A stretch of 64,000 nucleotides of DNA from the human T2T-CHM13v2.0 reference genome, Homo sapiens. The position numbers were made by a program, and so were the translations under genes. Shown one piece after another: positions 52,301 through 64,000 of the stretch. The notes under the pieces are model-generated. The model searched no databases and was not told where the DNA came from. It saw nothing but the letters and a program-made list of their open reading frames with translations. Within the stretch, counting starts at the first letter, position 1. Each line of letters begins with the position of its first letter. The stretch is taken from the NCBI RefSeq assembly GCF_009914755.1, contig NC_060944.1; one strand, 5' to 3'.

Positions 52301-54719
52301 GGCAGGAGATGTCAAAAGTCACTCGGCAGTGGTGTGCTTTTCTGTTTATGACCATGGACCTCGTGGGAACAGGGACTGTGTCTCATTCCCTTGCAAGAGA
52401 TTCTCATGGTCTGTTCGAGATCCTGACGCATTCCCCATTAGTTGGAGATGAGTGAATGAATGAAAGGAGGAAAGTCGGCCAGAGCTCAAACAGTCGCATC
52501 TCTGCCCTTAGCATGCCGGTGGTGCTGCTTTGATTTGGGCTTTGGGGGACTTCCTGACCGTTTAGTTTAGTTTTTGCATTTGCTATGTTTGACATGCCTC
52601 TAAATTTGATATTCTTTTCTCCTCATATTTTATGCCAAATTTTCTTACCTTGGGAACTCTGGCTTTTTTCATCTGAGAAAAAAAAATGCATGTTTTGATG
52701 CTCTAAAATAAAATTTACTGAGAAGTAAAGAGGTTTTTTTGCTCATTATTCATTTGTCTATTCAATTTTGCATTTTTAAAATTAATTTTTATTGATTTTT
52801 TTCAGCATTTTAAATCAGAATCAGTCTGCATGCCAGGGATCCTTGGAGTCAGAATGCAGTAATAAGTTGTTTCCAAAGGCGACTGAAGCTTGCCCGGTAG
52901 AAGCTGCCCCAGCATTTAGTGATGCACACAAGGATTCTCAAAAAATTCTCAAAAAAGTGAAATCCACTTATATAGCTGGCCAAGAGAGTCCTCCATGGCC
53001 TTATCATTTCTTGACCTCAAAGTGACTGCATTCACCTTGTGAGAATAGAGTTACTGCATCTGTTAAATAATGCAATCATTTTTATTAATTCTCAATCCAT
53101 CTATGTAGGTGAAAGTATCATCTGAATGGCCATATGGTTGACTATTAAATGAATGCAAAATACCTGCATGTCATAGGAGGGATTCTGGATGGGCGCACAA
53201 ATTAGACATCGTGATTTCCTGTTAAATACCAAACCCCGATAAAATCCTCTCCTAGGAGACCATTACTATGTGGTTGTATATTTAAAAAAGGAAACGGTTC
53301 AGAGAGAAAGCGCAAAGCAGCAATGCATACTTAATAGCTTGTTCCAAGGAGTAAATTAAGCCTGGAACTGTCGAGGTATTAAACCTAGCAGAGCGGGTCC
53401 TGAGTATTAAAGAGAGAAATTTCAGAGCGAGAGAGTTCATTCTTTTCCATTGACTCAATGGTAAAATAAAGTGAACTCTGACAATATGATTTAGCAACGA
53501 CTCTAAAACATAACATGTTGGAATGACTGTGTATCAAAAGTTATTTTTCTGTTCTATTACCTTGAATGAATAGCTTAGATCACTGAATCTATTCACTGAG
53601 CTATGGCTCAGTGCATCTTTGATAAGGAGATAAAAAGCGCTATGGATTTTGGTGTAATCTTATTTATGACCACATTGCTCGTTCTGTATTCACACATGGA
53701 ATATCCATGTTTGTTAACACACATGCTCACATGAATATTTTACCTGTAGGCCTTCTATTGAGCTAGGATATGTTCGGTAATAAAGAATTTTATTGTATTT
53801 TTTAGATCTTAAAGAAATAGAAATTTAGAAAATCCTTTATTGGAAATTCACTGAAGGGAGACGTGTTATCAAATTAGTACCCATACGCTCAGCTGGTGAT
53901 GCACAATGATGACTCTATCTCCAGTTACTCACTGCTCTGTGAAAAGGGTTCAGATAATTCAGCCCATAATCTAGGAAGCACTAAATGTCTCCCATTCCAT
54001 GGTTTCAAGCAGAGTTCAAACCACCACATCCCTTATCTTCCGAGTTAAAATAGAAAGTTTCAGTGAGCCCTCTGGATGAAGTCTCTTCTTGCAAAGTGCT
54101 GTCATTTGGGTGCGGGGAGGGAAAGCCAGTCTTGGCTTCTCCACAGGCTCAGTCAGCTGATGGAGCCCCCACCTGTCCCACGTAGCACCTCATCTGTCCC
54201 CAGGATCCTTCATGCTCTGCATGAAACTGTGACTATGAAGTCTCTCCATGACGTGGTGTGGAAGCCCCCAGCAGGTTTCTGCCTGGGTTTGGGATTACAC
54301 GCCTCAGCTGGAACCTAAGCTTTGCCAACCTCATTCTCATCGGAGAGCAGGGTGCTCTCAGACCCACCTTCCTCTCACCTTGCTGGCCGTTTCTCAGACT
54401 GCTTACGACTCAGTGCTTTTTCTCGTGCTTTGTGCTCTGTCTGGAACACGCCAGCTTACCTGAAAGAATCCAAATCTTGTCAACTTGTCTATATCCCGCT
54501 ATCTTCTGAGTCTACACACATCCATTCACTTAATGAGTCTTTACTGATATTCTCCAGGTGTGAGGCTCTGTCCTAAGTGCCAGGTATAGATGATGTTCTG
54601 AAGGAGACCGATGAGATCCCAGCACAAACAGAGCTTCCCCCACCAAGGGGACAGTACGCATGCTGTTTTGATCTTTTCATTCACATCATGGTGCCTGCGA
54701 GGTGGTTTCCAGAAAGTAA

Positions 54720-56165
54720 ATTCAGTAATTCATTCCACAAATATTTACTGAACTCTTGCCACGTGGCTTGCCTTGTTCTCACCACTGGCGGTCAAGTGGG
54801 GACAAGACCGGTGAGGTCCCTGCCCTCCTGGACTTACCTGGATGTGTCAGGGCAGGGGAGAATGCCCAGTAAACAAGGAAGACAACAGCTAAGGCAAGTG
54901 CGGCTTGCAGCTGGGCCCTGAAGACAATAATCGGTGTCATGCTTCCTGGACTTCAGCGAGCTTAGGAGTCATGGGGGCCCACCCCAGAGTTTCTGATTCA
55001 GCAAGTCTTGTGTAGGGCCTAAGAATCTGCATGGAACAAGCTCTGAGGTGATGCTGTTGCTGCTGAACTGAACATGCTGAGATTTTTCATTGAGACCTGG
55101 GGGAGGAAGAGAAAAAGGCAGAAAGTTTCAGACAGAGGTGCAGCAGGGGCCAAGTCCCTGAGGCCAGGGTCACCCAGTCAAGGAACACAAGTGGCCCACC
55201 AGCCTGGGGTAGAATGAGTGAGGAGGAAGGTCATAGAGAGCTACAGTTGGAATCAGGTGGGTCCAGTTCACACAGGGAGCAGTAGGTCACAGTGGGGAGC
55301 TTGGATTTTCAACAGAAAGCAATTAAGAAGTGTTGGGCCATTTTAAGAGTTGAGTGACTTCACCTGGTGTATGAATTTCCTATTGATTTTCTAACACATT
55401 ACCATCAACACAGTGCTTTAAAACAATATAAATGTATTCTCTTTCAACTCCGAAGGTCAGAAGTCCTACAAGATCCCACAGGGATAAAGTCATGGTGGCA
55501 GCAGGACTGAATTTCTTTCAGATGCTGTAGGGGAAAATCAGTTTCTGCCTTTCCCAGCTTCTAGTGGCCCCTGCACTCCTTGGCTCATGCCCTTTCCTCC
55601 ACCTTCAAGGCCAGCAATGGTGGGCCAAGTCCTTCTCTCCCTCCCTTCTTTCTGGTTCCATCTTCCACTATTAGGGATCCTTGTGGGTACATTGGAGCCC
55701 GTTGGATAATCTAGGATACTCTCCCTATTTTAAAGCCAGCTGATCAGCAATCTGAATTCTATCTCAACCTCAATACCTCTTTGCCATGGGACCTAATATA
55801 CTCACAGGTTCCAGGGAGCAGGACGTGGACATGTTTGCAGGGGAAATTGATCTGCCTGCCAATCTGATATGTTTAAAATGAACATGGCAATACTGTCCAG
55901 AGAGTGGCAGGACCAGGGAGGGACTAAGGACACCCACGTAAGGCCCTGTTTGTTGAAGGTGTGAAGCAGCCTGGTTTGAACTATGGTAGGGGTTGTGGAA
56001 GGGAAGAGACCCTAGTGGCTTGGAGAGACAACTGGGGGAGAGCTGAGGAATACATGGAGGGACTGCCCACTTTTTAGTTTGAGCCACGGGACTCGTGGTG
56101 ATGCCTTTAATTTGAGAGGGAGGAGGAAGACAAGAGTCGGGAGTGAGGTTGATGTTGGTTTAACT
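54720..56165 (-). mobile_element. L2 hosting a MER5A-like fossil (about 54945-55095) and MLT1D
   Basis: ATTCATTCCACAAATATTTACTGAAC terminus; the L2 body resumes after the LTR at 55863. Confidence 0.7.
55368..55862 (-). mobile_element. MLT1D MaLR LTR
   Basis: TGTATGAATTTCCTATTG...AGGTCAGAAGTCC...CTTCAAGGCCAGCAATGG...GCTGATCAGCAATCTGAATTC...CACAGGTTCCAGGG. Confidence 0.85.
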
Positions 56166-56379
56166 GAACTGATTTACCAATTACACACTGGGCTTTGGAA
56201 CAACACTAATTTTCTTTAGTTTTTGAACAAGAGAGTAAAGCTAGGGCTTTAGGCGTCTTAAGGAAGCTGTCATTCTGTGGGCTGGCACTTACTGACTTTA
56301 CAGGGCCAAAGGAATATACATCAACTCTAGAATGTTCCATAAAGAAAAGCAAGATGTTTGGAGACCATGCTAAAAGTCA

Positions 56380-56585
56380 GTGTGGGTGGACTTCTGCGAG
56401 GAGTACAGGCTGATCTGAGGTCCTGCGTTTGTATCCCAGCTGGATATGTGCTAGTTGGCTTGTCCAAAGGACTTGCTTAACTTCTCTGAGTCTCTTTTGT
56501 CATCTGTGAAACGGGCCTGAGAAATCCACTTTGTGGGGTTGTAGGAAAGATTGGCTATGCCGTGTGCAAATACTGCTCCTAAGAG
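56380..56585 (+). mobile_element. MIR SINE
   Basis: TTGCTTAACTTCTCTGAGTCTCTTTTGTCATCTGTGAAACGGG. Confidence 0.6.
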
Positions 56586-57656
56586 CTCATTCCTGTAGCC
56601 TTGTGGTCTCTGTTGAGTTATAATGGGTTCAAAATCATTTGTTCTTTTATGAATGCTTTAAGGCAATGAGTTTTCATGCTGCTATTGTGACCCAATTAAC
56701 ATGGCCCCACGTAAAGGCCCTTCCAAGCAGCCAGGAATTGTGAAGACAAAAGTTTGTTTTTGTTTTTAATTTCAGCATCATTAAAAATTATTTTTATTAT
56801 TCACCCTTCTGGATGGGCCAGCAGACATTTAGAAAAGTTGTTCTAATTAAGTATTGGAAAATGTCTGTAAAAGTTAAGCAGCTGTCTCTGAGAGGTAGAA
56901 AACATTAAATATTAAAACAGTATGTTATCTGATGTTTTCTGAACTGAAAACCTCTCCTCTCCTCCATGAACATTCTCCATTGTCTCTGTACATTACCATC
57001 TGGGTACACAGACAAAATCCTGTAGAAAAATCAAAGTCATATTAGTATGTTTGCTTTTTCAAATCATTGGCAGTACGTAATTAATTAGCAGGTCTGATTT
57101 TGGTTTTAAATTCAGTTCTGCTTCCTCATTAGCCAAGCATGAGAGGCTTCACAACCTGAAGACATTTGGAATTTGTTTTCCCATTTGTATTCATGACACC
57201 TGTGATCTGAAATGACCACTCTAATGTCCCCCTAGCCTTCTTTGAAACAAATTAGTGGAGTCAATGGCTTCTGGCCTGAGGTCTCATTCAATGAGCCAAA
57301 CGTAGCCAGGATGCCAAGTTCCAGTCCAGCATGGGGCTTTATATACTCTGGACATAAAGAGACCCTGACAGGCCTTGTTCCAGCCTGGCAAGAGGCCAAA
57401 ACGGAGCAGCTGCCCTGCTCTCATCCTGAGATATTACATCCAGGGGATGGAAACAGCTGCACAGGATCCCCCACATGGGAAGGAGCGACAAGAGAGGGCA
57501 CAGCTCCACAGGGGCTCAACTGCAACACAGGGCAACTTCTAAGATTGTCATTATTATTTATTGGCAAAAAATTCCAAACTTTTACTATCACTTTGATTAT
57601 TCCTGCAGAGTATAAGATTATTGCATGTGGATTTTTATGTTTGACCGCTATTTAAT

Positions 57657-57870
57657 ATAGGAATGATACAATGGTTTTGGGGGACTTAGCGGGAAGAGTG
57701 GGAGGGGGGTGAGGGATAAAAGACAACATATATGGTGCGGTGTATACTGCTCGGGTGATGGGTGCACCAGGATCTCACAAATCACCACTAAAGAACTTAC
57801 TCATGTAACCAAATACCACCCATACCCCAATAACTTATGGAAAAATAAAATAAAATGAAAAATAATAATA
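57657..57870 (+). mobile_element. L1PB1-like 3' end
   Basis: GAATGATACAATGG...GGTGTATACTGCTCGGGTGATGGGTGCACCAGGATCTCACAAATCACCACTAAAGAACTTACTCATGTAACCAAA, then an A-tail. Confidence 0.9.
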
Positions 57871-58229
57871 CCTTAAAAGTGAACGACACATATATGATTT
57901 GTACAAAGTAGATTAGAGAACATAGAAGGAATACAGAATATAGAGGTAGATACACATATATGGCATTTACAAATTTTCAATACTACTACTTATCTTCTGA
58001 TGTATTATATAATTTAGTCATTTATGTTAATTGTCTTTTCTACCAGAGTGAAAGTTCCTACTAGAATTTTGTTCTGTTTGCTTGTTTGTGGGAAATTGTG
58101 TTTATTTTCTGATGCATCTCTATGATCCCGAGGAGTTTCTGGCACCTGGAAGGTACTAAATCAATCTGTATTGTGTCACTGAATGAATTAATAAAAGTGG
58201 GTGTCCATTAGTGAGCAGAGGATAGAGTT

Positions 58230-59480
58230 CCAGAAGGAGATGAGACACATGGATGGTATTTTTGAGCAGGGCATGGGATGAGATCCCCCAGGAGGGATGG
58301 AGTAGAGAGAGAGAAAAGAATAAAACGCAGTGGCTGAGAAGGTCGGAGGAAGCCCAGGTGAGCGCGGTATCAGGGGAGCCCAGTAAAGAAAGCGTAAGAT
58401 CGATCCACGGGGTGAGGTTCAGGCTGACTGTGAGATTTATTGACGTGGAGATTCATTGTGATCTTTCTAGAGCAGCTGATACTGGGCTGAGGGTAGGAGC
58501 ATCCAACTGAGAGAAGGTATAAGAGAGAACAGGAGGAACGGAAATGAAGACATCAAGTACAGCCACCCTTCCGGGATGTGTTTCCAGACAGGGAGAAGGG
58601 AAATTGGCAGCTTGAGGAGGATATGAGCTCAAGCTCATTAAGACTAGAGGAATCTCAGCATACTGTCCATGGAGGGGGATGATTCTACAGAGGGGAGAAA
58701 GCTGATGATCCAGAAACAAAGGTGACAATTGCCGAATGACACTCTTGCATTGGTGACAGGGGCTGGGGTCCTTCCTGTATGTGCAGACACTCCAGGCTTG
58801 GGAAAGAGTGTGGGGTGCCCATTTATAGTGATAAGAGGGCTATGAGAGAGATGAGGAGCCAGGTCAAGGTGAGAGAAGGGCTGGTGAGAATGTGTAATTC
58901 TCTCCTGATTGCTTCTGCTTTTTCTCTGTGAACTAGGAAGTAAGGCCATGAGCTGAGAGCAAAGACAGGGCATGGAGAGTTGGGGATTGGAGGGAGGAAA
59001 GTGTGAGTGAGTTATCTCGGGGAGTGGGTGGCAGTGGTCTGGAGAAATGCTGTAGGGTGTCCAGGGGGCCATGCCCAGGGCTCCTGCGAGGGCACTGGAA
59101 CTGAACCTGCAGTGAGACCAGGGAACCTGCCTGCGTGATTTTCTGGAGAATGGTACTGTTGTACTCAGATGATAAAGGTGGTGTGTTTTTCTTGGCAGTG
59201 ACAGGACCTAGAGGAAGACCAGGTGTGTGAGTGGGAGCTGAGATAGGGAGAAGGTCCAAATTATTGGAAACAAGGTAAGAGAATCATGAAGCTGGGGTGT
59301 AAACACCATCTACATAAATGCTGGGATTTTGAGAATGTTGGAGGGACAGGTGGCCAGTTAGTGCTGAGGCTTCCAATCCCAGGAGTTGATTTTTGTGGGG
59401 ATTTGGGGACCTAGCTGAAGAAGTTGGAGGCATAATTGTGCGCCCTGGTATTGGAGATTAAAGGAGGCTAAAATGAGGGT
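58230..59480 (-). mobile_element. L2 internal region
   Basis: Purine-rich antisense L2 body, e.g. CATGGGATGAGATCCCCCAGG and TCTCTCCTGATTGCTTCTGCTTTTTCTCTGTGAACTAGGAAG. Confidence 0.6.
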
Positions 59481-59489
59481 TACAGAGAG

Positions 59490-59735
59490 ATGATAATAAT
59501 GCAAATAACAATTGTGCTGTGCATTCAGACACTTCTTGCTCTCGCTGTGATTTAAATGCATTGGTCTGGTGTGTTCTTCATGACACCCTGATGAAGAAGG
59601 TACGGTCTTATGCACTTTTTACAAGTGAGGACGCTGTGGCACAGAGAAGTTAAATAACTTGCCCAAGCTCAAACAATCAGACGTGGAACGAGTTCCCCAA
59701 CCCAGGTGATCGGGTTTTGAGACTGGTGCTCTCAT
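59490..59735 (-). mobile_element. MIR SINE
   Basis: TTTTACAAGTGAGGACGCTGTGGCACAGAGAAGTTAAATAACTTGCCCAAG. Confidence 0.8.
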
Positions 59736-60004
59736 GTCCTGGCTGTTCCTGAAGCTCACCCGCTTGACACGACTTTTTCACCCCTCTGACAGCAGATGCC
59801 ATCCAGGGGCTGTGGAAGTGAGTTTCTGAATTGGTGTGATGCTCTCAGAGCCTGGGCAGCACTCAAGAGCACTGTCCTCCCCATGCCCCAGACCGCAGTG
59901 CGTCTCTGGTGAGCAGAAGGCTCAGGGTGACCCTCAGCATGGCCAATGGTGTCTGACAGAACAGGGTCCAGCACTGTGCCGTGAACTTGGTATCCACTCA
60001 GTAC

Positions 60005-62430
<2,426 letters not shown>

Positions 62431-62434
62431 CTTT

Positions 62435-63276
62435 CTATGGTTCTGCAATTCCCTGAGGGTGCTCTGAGGCTCCCTGGGGTGCTGCAATGAACTCACAGGG
62501 GCATCTGGGATATTTAAACTCAGTGGCCTCTGTTCCACACTGTGTGAACTACTACTATTAAGTCTTTGGCAGATCTTTCAAATATTGATATATTCCATTC
62601 TACTGTATAAAATAACCATATTCATTAATAACACCACTGATTTCATCAGAAACATTGTGAAGTACTGGGAATCTGTAAAGTTCATGGTGGAAAATACAAG
62701 CTTTTCAAATTCTAATACCAGTTCCAAATACCTAAGTCTAAAAAAGCCATAGTTTGTCTGTCATTTCTTTTTCAAATAAGGACAATGTTCCATGAATAAA
62801 GTGCTAGATTAGTTAGCAATTCTAACAACTGCAAAAATACATTTTCTTGACACAGACACCTTTGTTTATTGTGTAGTGAAAGTGCTTTATGAGATGTTTT
62901 CATTTAATTACACAGAATATTAAAAAGATGTGTAATCAAATTTTGGGATTGAATGCAATTAATATATTCAATAATTAATAATTTTTACCACTGTATCGAT
63001 AACATTTTTAAGTGAGATTGGCTGTTGTGCTTTTGTGTTGCTGTTCAGCTGTGGGCAAGTGGTAGTGGGGAATGCAGTGACTGCTTGCAGTTAGTTGCTG
63101 GTGGCTTGATCCACACTCACGGCTCCGGAAGTTTTACCCACCATGGCTGTTCCTCCATCAGTGCAAATCACAGTACAGAAAAAAAAAAAGGCAATGAAAC
63201 GAGCTTTGCCTTTTCAGATTACCTTGAGGACTCTACTAGGGGGAGAAGTCTGTGGACCAGAATGTGAGAACCATTG
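62435..63276. mobile_element. Probable hAT-Charlie DNA transposon remnant
   Basis: Charlie-type termini CTATGGTTCT...and...GTGGACCAGAATGTGAGAACCATTG, with an AT-rich interior. Family not determined. Confidence 0.55.
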
Positions 63277-63764
63277 AAGAAAGAGATTATTTCGATAATC
63301 CAGTCTCCAGAAATCCAACATTTCTGTTATATTGAACTCTGACTCTGCTCCAAATTACTCTCAGCTGATTCTTACATAGTTTCAAAAATCATCTTAACAG
63401 AGTACAATGCAGCAGGTGAGAAGAAATCAAATTTGTTAGACCAATCTAAGCAGAGAGAAGAATCTAATTATTCAGTCTTCAAGTATGCATATATTCTGTA
63501 AATACTAGGCAATTGGCAGCAAGGGGGAAACGAATTTGCCACATGGTGAAGACAAGCTGGGAGTTTGCACACGGCCTGAGAGAGCAGGTCCTTATGCCTC
63601 ACTAGCTCCAGCCACCCAGGTGCTCAGCAGTTAAGAGCAGGCGGAAGAGCTGCATCAATCTGAGTCTGTTAGGGTAAAATTACCCTAAATCACTCCTTGA
63701 TATCAATTCCCCACAAGTAGGAAAAGTCCAAATACAGAAGTCCTTGCTCTGGAGAGCTACATAC

Positions 63765-63980
63765 AGCAAAGCAGAGTGGTGGAGTTAAGAGCTCTGAGCT
63801 CAAGACAAGGAGCTGAGATTCGAATCCTGGCCTTGCTGGTTAGAACTTCTGTCACTGTGGGTAGAATATTTCTTCCCTCAAAGCCTCAGCTTCCTCATTT
63901 GTAATACAGGGCTGTAAGTACTCACCTTGAACAACATTTATGAATGTTAAAAATGATAAATATGCCAAATATCCAGCATA
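63765..63980 (+). mobile_element. MIR SINE
   Basis: GTGGAGTTAAGAGCTCTGAGCTC...GATTCGAATCCTGGC...GCCTCAGCTTCCTCATTTGTAATACAGGG. Confidence 0.8.
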
Positions 63981-64000
63981 ACCTCTGATTCATATTAAAC

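Noticed and set aside
57242-57655. 137-aa ORF in unique sequence
   Set aside because: It has a non-ATG start, no recognisable homology and no convincing exon structure. A non-coding exon cannot be excluded without RNA data.
57680-57716. G-quadruplex-like G runs
   Set aside because: This is the standard G-rich tract of the L1 3' UTR.

Overview
This is human genomic DNA: the AluYb8 at 12892-13198 belongs to a human-specific subfamily. The window is intergenic or deep-intronic and dominated by interspersed repeats. These include about 11 Alu copies, many L1, L2, MIR and L3 fragments, solo LTRs (ERV1, ERVL, MaLR) and DNA-transposon fossils (MER20, MER5A, MER44, MER2, MER63, MER94, Charlie-like). 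I can support no intact protein-coding gene or structural RNA gene. The only ORFs with recognisable protein content are broken L1 ORF2p fragments; the rest are Alu, microsatellite or chance ORFs. I found no new biological system. The most unusual structure is a compound repair scar at about 17850-18173 inside an MLT2A LTR. There a 128-bp L1PA 3' fragment is followed by a 78-bp inverted copy of the target site, a fold-back filler and a 20-bp triplication. Other notable items are a young AluYb8 with a perfect TSD, a 5'-inverted L1MA with a large internal gap, an ~10.7-kb nested L1 stack splitting an L2, a compound minisatellite, and several repeat-free islands with transcription-factor motif clusters. 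Repeat subfamily names come from recalled consensus sequences, not from a search, and old-repeat boundaries are approximate.
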